DNA of 64,000 nt, from assembly GCF_009914755.1 (NCBI RefSeq), contig NC_060939.1; one strand, written 5' to 3'. The notes below the pieces were generated by a model that saw only the letters and a program-made list of their open reading frames with translations, was not told where the DNA came from and did not search any database. The position numbers were made by a program, and so were the translations under genes. Of this stretch, positions 25,145 to 42,805 are shown piece by piece; within the stretch, counting starts at the first letter, position 1, and the number at the start of each line of letters is the position of its first letter. Origin of the DNA: the human T2T-CHM13v2.0 reference genome, Homo sapiens.

Positions 25145-25280
25145 ACTCTTACGGGTAGGGGGTTAGGAACTGGTATAAGAATTTTCCTTCTTTCCTTTAG
25201 GGATTGAATCCCAACATCCCTATAGTCCTCTTTGGGTACTTGGAAACCACCCGAAGGAACCAACCCCAGCAGTACAGCTA

Positions 25281-25619
<339 letters not shown>

Positions 25620-26149
25620 CTAATGTTCAAGAGAGGGTGACACTGCTCTCCGTTCTTTTTAGGCACCAGCCAGAATGAGGAAGCAGTGTCTAGGAACATT
25701 TCATTAATGATTTCCCTTCAGTATCAACAACAACAAATCAACTTCTGACAGAGCCAGGCAAGCCTCCCTTACCATCGGTCCTCCAGACTTCCCCGACTTC
25801 CACGAAGTGAGTGCAGGTCCTACTGCCTGGAGACTCAGAAAAGTCCAACAACCTAGTAAATGCTGCCTCCAACACCAGGTAAGAAACCACAGCAGAAAGA
25901 GGACGGCAGAAGGAGGGGTACAACCCCTACAGTCAGGCATGCCTCGGGGACCTCAGGCCTCTCTGATGACCTCAGAGTCAGCACACTGACTTCACACTTG
26001 GTGAGTTCTGAGGAAGTCTCCTTAAACTTCCTCCACAAACAATGCTAAGAACTCACTCCTAGTCAGACTGGGGGAAATTCATAACTTTCCTTTCATTTAA
26101 GGACTAGAGGTTAGAGGAAAGGTTATTCAATCAATCAACAAATATTTGT

Positions 26150-26438
26150 GGCTGGGCACAGAGGCTCATGCCTGTAATCTCAGCACTTTAGGAAGCTAAG
26201 GTGGGAGGATCGCTTGAGCCCAGGAGTTCAAGACTGGCCTTGGCAACAAACTGAGACCCCATCTCTACAAAAAATCAAAAATAAAATTAGCTGAGCATAG
26301 TGGTGTACACCTGTGGTCCCAGCTACACAGAAGGCTGAGGCAGGAGGATCACATGAGCCCAGGAGGTTGCTGCACTCCAGCCTGGTAGACAGATCAAGAC
26401 CCTGTCTTAACACAAAACAAAACAAACAAATAAAAGAG
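26150..26438 (+). mobile_element. AluJ
   Basis: AluJ diagnostics (gatcgcttgagcccagg); TSD aacaaatattt. Confidence 0.92.
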
Positions 26439-27673
26439 AACAAATATTTACTAAAATATGCTGCATGCTTTATATCCTACTAAGGGCAGGTGGGAGTGAG
26501 AAGGTGAGATAGGGAGAAGACAGACCTAGAAATGAATAAGGAGCTTGGCCTCAAAAGGGAACCAGACATCCAAAAAGGGATGACTGATTTCAGGAATGTG
26601 TTAAGAAGCCCCAACAGAGCGTGTGTATAGAGTGCTGTAGGGCACAGTGAGTGGCCACTGCTGGAAAGAGTCAGGGAAAGCTTCACACATGAGCTAACAT
26701 TTGCACTAGACTGTGGAGGAGGACAGCTGATCAAACAGGGAGGAGCAGTGCAGGCAGGGATTCGCATGGGTGTGAAGGCAGAGGTGCAAGAGTGCACAGG
26801 CAGAGGTCGGGACTCAGCGGGATGGCTCACTGCACTCAGCTCATGAGATCCCGGCAGGGAAAAAACAGACTCATGTGTCTTTACCCTGCAACAACTAAAG
26901 CACAATCAGAAATAGGAGAGAAAAAGGGGAATATTATCCTGGAAATGATTCTAGATATGGCATACAATCTTGTCAGCATTTGAGTGCAGGTACATCTGAA
27001 ATGGGGAACTCGTAAGCTTTTAAAACAGCTAGTCTGTGATGCCTCAAGCTTCATCTTTCAGATTAAAACACATACTGCGTTAATTCCAACCTGCTTTGGC
27101 AAAAGCTCAAGGGCACTCCTTCCCAGTGACCAGCAGAGAGAAGTGGACATTTCCTCTCCAGTGCCTTAGAAAGTTCAGTGTCTTGTAAAAAAGACTCAGC
27201 ATCTTCACCTCGGCAATCCTCATCCTGCTCCTCGTTAACGGGTCTCTGAAATCATCGCTGATGTTGGAGTCATTATCACAACTCAACATTTTATTATCAA
27301 GATGTCATGAAGTAGGAAGAATAATGGACTTGAAATTTAAAAAAACTAGATACAACTCTTGGTTTTGCCACTAATTTATCTTGGCTACTATGGAACCCTT
27401 CCAAAGAAGATGGATTAATGATCTTTAAGGTCCTTTTGGATTCTGAAGACTGATAATCAAAGAGGATCCATGGGATCAGAGGAACGCTTGACACGCTCTC
27501 TGACAGAAAAGGTAATGGGTCAACAATCATAATGAGAGAGAAAGTGAGGTTCTAAAGCTCTGACTCTCCAAACAACATCATGAATCATCCCACTGATCGG
27601 AAAAGATGTTCTCTTTGACATTTTCTGGGGCAAATACCGTTAGGTTCCCAATGTCTAAGGCTGCCAAGGCTGC

Positions 27674-27838
27674 CCTTGGGCCTCCTCAGGTTGCCCCGAT
27701 TCCTTATCAGTATGTTCTGTGTTGCAGGAATGTACTAGTAATTGCCCTCAGTACCTTGGGCCTCCTCAGGTTGCCCCAATTCCTTATCAGTATGTTCTGT
27801 GTTGCAGGAATGTACTAATAATTGCCCTCAGTACCTTG
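27674..27838. repeat. 80-bp tandem duplication
   Basis: 27674-27753 vs 27754-27833, 2 mismatches. Confidence 0.97.
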
Positions 27839-27955
27839 TTTCCTACTAAAAAAACAAGGCAGGTTCTCTAAGACCACTTCAAAAACAGTATTTTCTTCAG
27901 GATAAATGGACGAGAATTAGGCTCGGTTCTTTCAGTGTCCTATCCTGAAGGCAAG

Positions 27956-28574
27956 TGATATGGTTTGGATTTTGTCTTCACCCCAATTTCATGGTGAATT
28001 ATAATCCCCAGTGTTGGAGGAGGGGCCTTGTGGGAGGTGACAGGATCATGGGGGCGGATATCCCCTTTGCTGTTCTCCTGACAGTGAATTCTCATGAGAC
28101 CCGGTTGTTTAAAAGTGTGTAGCATCTCCCTCCTTCACTCTCTTCCTCCTCTCCAGCCACCTAGGACCTGCCTGCTTCCCCTTCACCTTCCACCATGATT
28201 CTAAGTTTCTCTACTTACAGGGATCACTTAAGAAGAAATAAACAGCAACTGCAGTCTAAAAAATAGGTAAGTTTCAAGGATCAAAGAAGCCTGAGGGGGA
28301 GGCTAATTCTTTGGATTTAGCTTTATCTTAACTATATTACCTGTCAATGCCTCACCTTCAGTTACAGTAATCTGAAAGCAATAAAACTCAAAGCAGGCCA
28401 GATGTCACTCTGTTGTCTAAGATAGGAAAGATCATCTTTCCTGTGTTTCCTGAGGCCTCCCCGGCAATGCTTCCTGTAAAGCCTGTGGAATCATGAGCCA
28501 ATTAAACCTTTTTTCTTTATAAATTACCCAGTCTCTGGAAGTTCTTTAGAGCAAAGTGAGAATGGACTAATACA
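27956..28574 (+). mobile_element. MSTA-like MaLR solo LTR interrupted by a non-LTR insert
   Basis: tgatatggtttgga...ggactaataca; flanks gcaag/gtgag. Confidence 0.9.
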
Positions 28575-28689
28575 GTGAGCAATCTAATCTCTTACCAGAG
28601 GGACAGCTTTAACAAATCACGTACAGGGATTTTTGTGCTGGAAGAGACTGTCAATGACCTCTTGATTCATGCTGTAAACCGTGACTCTA

Positions 28690-28959
<270 letters not shown>

Positions 28960-29563
28960 TTAGACGCAGTTACCACGGAAGTCTACTCCAAACAGGATAC
29001 AAAGGCCCCACCTTCTGGCTCAGAGCCCTGCTTGTAATGTAGTCAGTCTTTATGCTTACTGTCATACTCAGCTTTGATGAAGAGCATTTCAGGTCAGAAT
29101 AGGGTAAAGGGACCAAACCCATCCTCTACCCCCCACCCGCTAAAGATGCCCAGGCAGATACCAGGGTTACTAATATATGAGGCTCTACTAATGTAGGTGA
29201 TTCTCCAACCTACTGGAAAAGGATGCAGGTCCAACTGCCCTCAATTAAGCCTACCTTTAAAGAAAATGCAAACAAACACTATTATCTCTTCTATCGGCCC
29301 AAGTTTTTTCTTAAAACACCTGCATGAACAACAGTTATGCATCCTGTCAAATATCACACATTCCCTTAAGGAAATGAGATTCTGAGATAAAACAACTACA
29401 ATCAAGTCCTATTACAAGGTATGTAAAAACAATGAATGCTTGGAGAAGCTACTCAATAAGTAACAATGACCAAGGCTCTCCCAGGAAAGAGGGAATCCAG
29501 AAACTGGTCTTCACAAGGAGGAAGAAAGGAATGAACAGGAAATTCAACCAGTGTCCCAAGAGA

Positions 29564-29863
29564 TTTTTTTTTTAATTGAATGACTGATTGAGATGGGGTC
29601 TTATTCTATCGTCCAGGCTGGAGCATAGTGGCATGATCGCTGCTCACTGTAGCCTCAAGCTCCTGGGCTTAAGTGATCCTCAGCTCCCGAGTAACTAGAA
29701 CTACAGGCACATGCCACTACACCTGGTTAATTTTTAAATTTCTTGTATAGACGGGGTCTTACTATATTGCCCAGGCTGGTCCTGAACTCCTGACCTCAAG
29801 TGATCCTCTCACCTTGGCCTCCCAAAGTGCTGGGATTACAGGTGTTTGCATCTGCACCTGGCC
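29564..29863 (-). mobile_element. AluJ
   Basis: Diverged dimeric Alu. Confidence 0.92.
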
Positions 29864-30144
29864 CTAAGACCTTTTATTAACAACTTAAGAATCTGCCTTG
29901 GACACCTGATTTGCAACAGTTTCCTAGACTGAACCCAATATAGAAGGAATTTCAAGACATGCTAGAGGCCGTTGGTCTTCTCTATTTATAGGGATCACTT
30001 AGGAAGAAATAAACAACAACTGTAGTCTAAAAATTAAGTAAGTTTCAAGGATCAAAGAAGCCTGAGATAAAAGCGAATTCTTTGGATTTAGCTTTATTTT
30101 ATCATAACTATATTACCCGCCAATGCTTCACCAGTTACAGTAAT

Positions 30145-30631
<487 letters not shown>

Positions 30632-31446
30632 TAGGAAAGAGAATCGATATGCCTTGGTCCCAATTCCAGTTTTGTTGGTTCTTTCGTTATTCTGGGCTTT
30701 GCTGCTACAGCCATTATCAAATGGAGACACCTCGTGTCCTTGTCTACCTCCCAGTGTTCTTGGGTAGATGAACAGGATGTCAAAACATTCATCTTGAGAC
30801 TGTAGAAGCCTGTACTATTGCATTGGGGCTAATCTCATGTTCCACCTTTGACTGGCTTGGTTTTTCTTGGCTTAAAAACAATGCAAAGTCCTACTAGTCA
30901 CAGAATGTGCTTCCCAGGCACAAACTGGTTTTAGACTCACCCTCCAGAGGCACCTGGATGGGCATGCACTGGGCAAGGCCCCAAGCTGTCTCTGTAACCA
31001 GTCCCTGCCAAACTGAGGCCTGCTGAGTAACACTCAGTGTGAAGTGTTTTCTAGATAGTACGTTTCAAAGGAAATATCTTTTTTTTTCCAGGCAAAGTTT
31101 CTTACTACAGAAGGAAGTGGTCAACCTGGCTCTATCTCATTCCCACAAAGCCGAACTTTTCCCACAGCTACTCAGTCACTTCTTAGGCTGACTGTTCAAC
31201 CTGGTCACCCTTTCTCAGAGCTTACTTCAGTCCATAAATTCCAAGCACTCCAAGGAGCAGGCTCCATAGCCACACAGGACCCAGCATGCCCGAAGGGTTA
31301 CCATGTGCTGCTCCAGCCAGCCATGCTTCATTCATCTGGCAAACACCTGCTGAGCACCCACTACACACCAGATATGTCAGACTGGTTGGGTAAGGCTTTT
31401 GTGATGAGATGAACTTTAGCATGGTCGTGAAGAAAATAAGGGAGTA

Positions 31447-33119
<1,673 letters not shown>

Positions 33120-33136
33120 AAGAAAAGAAGGGAGTA

Positions 33137-33720
33137 GGTCACACATATCTGTAGGAAGAACACTCTAGGTCGAGGGAAATGCAAAGGTCTTGAGGTAGGA
33201 TTGTGCTTGTTATGTACAAGGAACAGCAAAGAGGATTTGATTGGAACATAGTAAGCAAGGAGAAGAGAGCAGGAAATAAAAGAAATCAGAGAGACTGGGG
33301 ACCCAGATTAGACAGGACTTTGTAGGCCACCATAATGACTTTGGCAGTTACAGTGAGTCAGCCGGGAAGCCACTGGTGAATACTATGTGCAGGTATAAAA
33401 TGATGGGTGTGTTTTAACAGGCTCCCCGTGGCTACTATGTGAACAAGAACTGCAGAGACAGCAGTGGAAGCAAGACCAAGCAGGAGGCTATTACAGTAAC
33501 CCAGGCAAGGGAGAGGCTGGTTTCCATGGGGGCAGTAACAGTGGAAATAAGGAGAAATGGTGAGATTCCAGGTATATTTTGGAGGTTGAGTTAACATATT
33601 TGCTAATAGATTGAATGTGGACTGTGAGAAGAAAAGGAGTCAAGGATGACACCAAGGTTTTGGCCTGTGTAACTGTGAGAATGGAGTTGACAGTTACTAA
33701 GATGAGGAAAATTGCAAAAG
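33137..33720 (+). mobile_element. L2 LINE fragment
   Basis: L2-type ggagtcaaggatgacaccaaggttttggcctg, gggaagccactgg; continuous with sequence left of 31446. Confidence 0.75.
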
Positions 33721-33845
33721 AATAAGAGTGTTTTTTGTTTGCTTAATCTTAGTTTGTTTTGTTAAAAGACTGAGAAACAGTGGTGGTAAAAACCAGAAGG
33801 TCAAGGTCTAGAACATGGTAAGTTTAAGATACTTATTTAACATAT

Positions 33846-34173
<328 letters not shown>

Positions 34174-34187
34174 TTAACATCCAAGTA

Positions 34188-34459
<272 letters not shown>

Positions 34460-34899
34460 TCAAGTAGGCAGTAAAAGAGCAAGTCTGGAGTTCAGGGAAA
34501 TGTTCTATGTTAGGGATATAAATTTCAGGTATCAGCTTATATGTGGTACATTTTCCCATTTTCATTCTCCTTTGACCCAAAGAAGACACCCACTTTGGGC
34601 CAGTTATTGGCAATAGTACTATGAATTCAGTACTATCAGCTTTTGCTTTGGGGACTCATTTCCAAGACTGTACATTAGAACCATCTAGAATGCTAAAAGT
34701 TGAGTCGGCAGCTGCACTGCCTCTGAAAAGTCACTATTCTGAAAGGACCCAGACTTAAAGGTCAAGATTGGGAAGGGGGCTAGGAACAGTCTTCACTCCT
34801 GCCTTGGTGTGTGGGAGGAGGAGAACACCACTTCCCCTCTTTATTTGACACTCTGGGAAAGGGTGGCCGCCATACTGGGGGACACTCAACCAACCAATG

Positions 34900-35165
34900 G
34901 AGAGGGGCACACTGAGGAACTGAGGGCCACTGCCAAGAGCCATGTGAGTGAGCTGTACACATGGAGTGGATCCTCCAGCTCTGGTCAAGCTTTCAGATGA
35001 CTGCAGCTCCAGCCAACAGCTTGACCAAAATCTCAGGAAAGACCCCAAGCCAGAACACCCCACTAAGCTGCTCCCTAATTACTGACTCAGGAAAACTGTG
35101 AGGTGGTAAGTGCTTAGCATTTTATGCCACTAAGTTTTGGGGTAATTTACTATGCATTTTTGTAT
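34900..35165 (+). mobile_element. MLT1-type MaLR LTR remnant
   Basis: ttcagatgactgcagctccagcc...gccactaagttttggggtaattt. Confidence 0.7.
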
Positions 35166-35382
35166 GTATAGATACAAATATACCAATTGATGAAGCAGAC
35201 ATTACCCCACTTTTTAAAATTGGAAAACTCAAGTTTGGAAAAGTAATTTAATGTTTAAATGGTAAAGCCAGAATCCAAGTTCAGGGTTGTGTGAATCCAG
35301 AGACTATGCTTTTTGTACTTTAACATACTGAGGGGAAAATAAACTAGAATAGAGTCCACAAAAATAAAAATATACAACATGC

Positions 35383-35540
35383 GAGGAGGGAGACCATTAG
35401 GACAAACACCTAATGCATGTGGGGCTTAAAACCTAGATGATGGGTTGATAGGTGCAGCAAATCACCATGGCACAAGTATACCTATGTAACAAACCTGCAC
35501 GTTCTGTACATATATCTCAGAACTTAAAGTAAAACTTTAA
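35383..35540 (+). mobile_element. L1PA 3' terminal fragment
   Basis: taatgcatgtggggcttaaaacctagatga...aacttaaagtaaaa. Confidence 0.9.
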
Positions 35541-35800
35541 AATATATATATTATATATATAATATATATATAATATATATTATATATATGTATATATACA
35601 AAATATATTTATATATACATAAATATATATATACATAAATATATATATTATATATAATATATAGTTATATATGTATATATTTGTTATATATGTATATATG
35701 TATATACATGTTATATATGTATATACATGTTATATATGTATATATGTATATACATGTTATATATGTATATATGTATATACATGTTATATATGTATATATT
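35541..35800. repeat. AT-rich (TA)n / 27-bp VNTR
   Basis: TA runs followed by repeats of atatgtatatatgtatatacatgttat. Confidence 0.95.
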
Positions 35801-35873
35801 TGTTACCATGTATTACTGGTAACTGCAGAGCAAAGAGCCCAAAAGTTATCTTTCCTTGTAGATGTGCTAAAAC

Positions 35874-35931
35874 ACCTTAGACCCAAAGCAGAACCAATTT
35901 ACCTTAGACCCAAAGCAGAACCTATTTACCT
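35874..35931. repeat. 27-bp tandem duplication
   Basis: accttagacccaaagcagaacc(a/t)attt x2. Confidence 0.95.
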
Positions 35932-36945
35932 GTCAGACTTTACTCTGTATTAGTGTAGCGTAAAGAGCAGAGCTTCAGACCTGAAAACATGGAAATCTGG
36001 ACTTGATCTCGACTCTATTACTCACCAACTGAGTAACCCAGGGCAGATCACGTCAAATACTCTGAGTTTTAGTATTGTAAAATAAGAGTAATACTCACAT
36101 GTTTCAGAGGTCTTGTGAGGATTAAATTACATCTCCATACTAATCTAGAACATGGTTGGAACTCAGGGCCAAGCATTTAAACATCAGTCAGGGAAAGGAA
36201 AGGCTAAGGCTTCGACTCTGTCATTAGTTCTAAGAAATCAAAGATACTGATTACTATGTGCTCTCCCCATTTGCTGATACAAACAGGACTTTTGTTTGTA
36301 GCTCTAAAAATAAGGTTTAATCATGTCAGATACTGATAAATTATCTGATTAATGGCCTATTTTAGTGCCTCACCTTCTATGGTCTTGCCTTTTAATAAGG
36401 GACTGCTTAACCAGATTTTGTTGGTCTAAAAGCAGGTCTGAGCGTCTAACTAAGCCTTCATATCCTGAAGGAGACAGAGACAATACTCTGTGCTTCTCTT
36501 TACCCTCTTAGGGGGGCACAGACTAAGTGGCAAGAGCAAGGGGTAGGAGCAACAAAGTAACAAAAAGACCCTTAGAAGAGAGTTCTGATCCACTCAGGAA
36601 TTCATTCATTCTCTGGCCTTGTTAGTCACATATTCTAGTCACACTGGTTAATGGCTATCCCTCCAGTATCCTAATAAATAGCAACACAGGGGTCCCAAAA
36701 GAGTCTCTGTTACCCAACAGCACCTGAACCAATTTCATTATCTGGGCAGTCTGGGACTCTGGCTGAGGACGAATGCATGTTCCTTAGTACCCTCTGCTAC
36801 CCAACCTGATGCACTTAGAGCAAAGGGTCAGCTTCTAGGCCAGGCTGGATGCTGTAGAAACTGTCAACTCAGGCCATGGAGGCACGTTTCAGATGATATT
36901 AAATAAAGTTAACAGAACAGACTTAAGAAAGTGATCAAGATATAA

Positions 36946-37280
<335 letters not shown>

Positions 37281-37994
37281 TTGGTGCTCACTTTTTAAAG
37301 CATGTTCATAACCCAGCAACTTATCTTCAAAGAAAATCTATCCTTAAAGGTGTTGTCAATGACTAGCCTGTTTCCAAGTAAACACAGAGATTCTGCATTT
37401 ACGGTCTATTTGCTTCCTTCATGCAACCTATCAAATCCCAAAAACACCTATCTTTGTGGTGGACAAAATGAACACTTGGCTGACGGCAGTGGGAGAGTGA
37501 AGATTTACTGCTTGCCAAGAGCTATGCCCAAGAAGGAATATGAGATCAGTCAAGACAGAAGCAAGAAGGATGCAGGCTTTTGGCTCAACAAGCATTCTCC
37601 ACCCACAGCAGATTTATCATTGGTTGTGAACACTAGAGCAGTCTAGGACAGGTGCCTCCTTCTGCAGGTGAAACCACTGTGTAAGAGGTGTAGAAGTTTC
37701 CTTGAAGACAGTGACCCTCAACCCTGGCTGTACACCATAATCACCTGATGTGCCTTAATCTGATGCCCGAGCCACAGTTCATATGAATTAAATCAAAATT
37801 GAGAACCACTGTTCTATCACCTTTCCTGGCACCAGTACTAGAGGTCAGATACCCCCCACAAGACAGGGAGATGAGTGGGTAGAGGTGTGGGAGTCATTCA
37901 GGTGACTTTTCCAAGCTGAGAAACTGACAAATTGAAATTTTCCAATAACACTAGGAAAATGGGCTTGGAAATCACTTCCTGCAATAACCAACCT

Positions 37995-38208
37995 CTCCCA
38001 GCCTACATCCTTCTCCCGTGCTGGATGCTTCCTGCCCTCAAACATCGGACTCCAAGTTCTTCAGTTTTGAGACTCGGACTGGCTCTCCTTGCTCCTCAAG
38101 CGTGCAGGCAGCCTATTGTGGGACCTTGTGACCATGTAAGTTAATACTTAACAAACCCCCATATATGTATCTCCTGTAAGTTCTGTCCCTCTAGGAAACA
38201 CTAATACA
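37995..38208 (+). mobile_element. MLT2A-like ERVL LTR, 3' half only
   Basis: ctcccagcctacatccttctcccgtgctggatgcttcctgccc...ctaataca. Confidence 0.85.
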
Positions 38209-38279
38209 CAACCTCTCATCTCTGTCCACATAAGGGAACCTAGACCGTCAAGAGCCACACAGAGCAAAGGAACCTTAAA

Positions 38280-38695
38280 GATGAGCTATCTCATTCTACT
38301 TCATCATGCACTTGAGGAAGCTGAGACCCAGAGAAGGGAAGTGACTGGTCAGAGTCACTGTGTTTAATGGCAGGACCACGATTAGAACACATTTCTCCTA
38401 ACTCTTAGTCAAGGCCTTTTAAATGTTACATGCTCAACAGGGCACCATGGCTTGGTGCTTAGGAGCATAGGATCTAGTGCTAGGGTGCCTGAGTGAGAAC
38501 CCTAGCTTCACCAGTTAACTCTGTGACACTGGGCCAGTTATTCCCTCAAGCCTCAATTTTCTCAACTGGAAAGTAGAGATAATAATTGCACTTATCCCAT
38601 AGAGTTGTGGAGACTAAAGGAGAGAAAAGGAACAAATAATGCACCTAGCACAGTGCCTGACCCACAGTAAGTGTGCAATAATGTTAGCTATTCTT
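38280..38695. mobile_element. Two MIR elements in opposite orientation
   Basis: gaggaagctgagacccagagaagggaagtgac (-); ctgtgacactgggccagtta...agcacagtgcctgac (+). Confidence 0.7.
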
Positions 38696-41600
38696 ATTCT
38701 TATTAAGGAAGGTCAGGGTGGCACCCTGAAGAGAGGAAAAGAAAGTGCAGGTGTGGTTTTTGGGCTGAAGTTAATGTTCAAAATGCCCTAGCAGCTTCAT
38801 GATATTATTATGCCTTCAAAGACTTCTCAAGTCACAGCAATTCTGAGTCAGAAGCAGGTTGCTTTGACATCAGTTCTCACCTAAAGGATGTCACAACCTC
38901 TACGCATCCTCACCTATCACACTAGCTGCCTTTCCTGACTGTCAGTGAAGAAAGGACGGTGGAGATGCTGTGCATGCTGAAAGTGCCGTGTGAATGTGGT
39001 CTGGGTATCACTGTTCTTCACAATGATCTTCATCCCCACCACACTGCCTTAGCCAGTCTGGATTAATATGTCACTTGTAATGCACCATGACAGAATAGGA
39101 AATAGGAAGGCAGGGCAAGGCCACTTATAGAAATCCTAACCTTTATTCTTAATAGTCAAATATAGAGAAAGCTAAGGAGTAGGGAGGAGAAAAACAAGAT
39201 CAATCCTGGCTCTCTCAGCAGCCAAAAGACTGAAACTCATTTGAAATGTCCAATAAGGAGGGTGAGATGAACCTAGTAAGACAACAGGCTCAACCCCCTT
39301 CTGGGCTGGGAAGTGCCTCTCACAAGAGGCAGTGACATATTTGTTGCAAAGGATTGGATGACCAACAAAATCCTCTTCCAAAAACAGCAATAAAATTCAA
39401 ACTCCTTCTTTCTTGTACTAATCAAAATGGTTAAGGGATAAGGATACTGCTTGGGAGTCATGAGAGCAATTTTTTTCTTTTTACTTTGTAAATGATACCG
39501 GGATTTTTAATTTGCTTTTTTGTGAGCACTTTTTAAAAAAAAATTTTAGAAAAGGAAGGAAGGAGAAGAGGGAAGGAGTAAGGGGCAAAAGGTTGAAAAA
39601 TTATAGGGGTAGAAAATTTCAACATCTATTCATTCATGTATTCTCTGTAAGGTGTGCACTCTGGTACCACAGCCTCTGAAGAGTCACAAGCTGAGGACAG
39701 AGATGCCCTCCTCAGTATTAGCTGAGTGGATCCCAGGGAGGTGGGGCTTTGGGCTCCATAAGGCCTCATCACTGCTGTCTTCCCTCTCCTGACCGGCCCT
39801 GCTCCATCTTCCTTCTCTCCATCTGTGCAGATCACCTGCCGAATACCTGAGAAACGTAACCCTCAACAGTATCTTCCTGTTTATACTATGCCACATTGTG
39901 TCCTTTAAAAAAAAAAAAAAAAAAAAAGGGAGAGAATTTAAAAACCTGCTCCAGATACAAGGCCTCCCCCACTACATGTAGATACTCCTATCCTCCAAAT
40001 TCCTTTCTTGACGGTGATCTACAGGCTTTGGTTAAAAAACATGATCATCTTGGCTCTGTTCCCAGGCCACTGTCCCTCTGTCTGGTTCCTTCAGCCTTCT
40101 TTTCTTTTGTAGACCACAGATAACTCAAGATTTGGTAATCTGACAGATAATGCCCAGTCCCTGGCTAGGCTAAATGCTTCACTTCCCACAGTGCTGAGCC
40201 CAAACAACACCCCAGAAATGTTCTGAAAGACAGGAAAAGGCAGATGGGAAAGAAACGGCTGAGAGCAGAATAGATGATGAAGAAATATATATGCATGGTC
40301 TGAATTACATGCCCTGTTGTGCTGATTCAGTTAAAGCCACACAGGAAGATTCTCAGAGACTCCTTTCAGCCAAGAGGCCACTGATGTTCTCGGAACCTCT
40401 CTGTTCTCAAGTACAACCACCTCTTAACTCTCTATTACTCAGCAGATTTTTCAGATCACTACAGCTATAAAAAGATAACTGTCTCTTATCCCCACCCCGG
40501 AGACACTAAGGGAATAAAATGAGAGTTTCTATTAAAATGTTTTGGGAACATACACACATGTACTACTCTAAATGCAAGGCAGTTTTTCTACCCCAACCAC
40601 AATTGGAGGTTAGCTTAGAATATGATCCTGGGCCTATGGCAAACCTTTTAAAACTTATACAGAAAAAGCGAAGTGTTCATAGTCTTTACCATACTCAACT
40701 ATCCATAACTGGGAAGACAAGACATTAAACATTGAACTCTTTTCTATCCAGGTGTTGGGGGGAGAAGGAAAGACAGACTAGAATTCTTTTACAAATTTTC
40801 TTGAGAGATAAACACACAGTATATCTATCCAAGGTGGTCCAGAATATGGTTTAAGATATTTATAAAACAGAATTCCCTCAAGGTCTACTTCTGTAAAACC
40901 AAGATACTACCACCTGCCTCACCTTCCACACAGGGCTATTTGTACAGTGAGAATCCAACAGTGCACAGTAAGCACCTTGAATATAACACGTAAGTTGTAA
41001 CTTGCTCTGAAAATACTCCTGGCCTACAGCGTCCTATTCTCTGACCCTGGCAACTGCTGCTTCCTACCTGCTGAAGAGACTATGAAGAAAGATGCCTCTA
41101 GGGCCACTAAACCCCACCTTCGTAAGCAGCCAAACAAATGGAAAAACCATTTTGATTTCCACTCTTGAAAGTGCTTTTTAGAAATCATTAACTCAAAGTC
41201 ACTAACGATTACAGTTAGTTAGGACTAATTATCTCTTAGGCTTGGGGAGCACAATGAACTAGACACCCCACTCTTTCCTTCCCTCACCCACCCTGCCTCT
41301 CTGCACTTGGACTTTGTGCTGAAGGCTCAGCCAGGAATGCTGCACGGCCTCAAGTCTCACAGAGAGGTCTCGCCACAAATTTGGCTCACCTAGGCTGGGG
41401 AAAGCCCTCACTGGCTTAGAGAAAATGTTTTCCCACATCCTTCATTTTCATGTTGAATACATGTGGCATTCTTCTAAAATGGGTAGAAACCAAGGTTTCT
41501 CCAAGAAAAGCCACTAAAAAAATCAAATGCTAAGTTCTCTGGCCCAGTGTGACCTGTAACTGTAACTCCTTTAGGCATTCAGAATTAAACTGGCAGCTGG

Positions 41601-42484
41601 AGGAGGCAGTGGCCATCCCTACATCAACTCACAAGTTCAGGGCTGTGTCACCAAGACATTACTTTCTTTTGATAACACCATATAATGGAAACTTTGAATG
41701 TGTCTAAGCCTTTCTTGAATCTGCATTTTTAACCTTCCAAATATTTTAGGAAGACCTGAATACCTATTATACGGGCCCTTCCTTCTCCTAAATTTGTCCT
41801 TCTAGCTTCCAGGGATAACTCTATGGATTTAAAGAACAAGTCTGTGTCCTTACTAAGCAAAATGAGAAAGACTGAAAATAAAAAATCTGACCTCAAACAG
41901 TAGCCCTGCCTTCTCATGATAATTTTGTGAGAGTAGAAAAAACATTGGATTGGGGGTCAAGACCTGTGTTCTAGACTAGCTCTGCCACAAACTCACTGTG
42001 TGACAGACAGCTAGAGGTTTCACTTTTCTGGGTCTCAGATGCTTCTTTGAAATAACTTAGGAAAGCTGAAATTTATGATGTTGGGTAGCTCCAACTTTTA
42101 TAGTTCTGTTTGCCCATCTTGGAACTTTCTGCTACTGCCTCATCTTTCAAAGGTTTCTATTAAAATTCTAATGAATTATCCACAAACAGCTGATGTCCAC
42201 TCTGCACACTGTACTTTCCCCTCAATCCTGCTGGCCCACAGAAGACCTATGTAATCATACTTGTAAGGCACTGATCTAAGAGCTTTACAAAGCCTTGGGC
42301 CATAGGAGCTGCCAGCATTCAAACATTTTTGACATATAAAAACAGCAATTTTATGCAGTTCAATCTATTAACTTATTTAATCCTCCTAAATAACCCATGA
42401 TGTAAGTACTGCTGATATCCTCATTTTAAAAATGAGGAAAAGGAAGCAAAGAGAAGTTAGTAAACCACCAAGGCCACACAGCTA

Positions 42485-42805
<321 letters not shown>

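Noticed and set aside
27674-27838. Direct repeats as a CRISPR-like array
   Set aside because: Human intron; two contiguous units, no spacers, no cas genes
35671-35953. Y/I/V/C/M-rich ORFs
   Set aside because: Translation of the TA-rich VNTR
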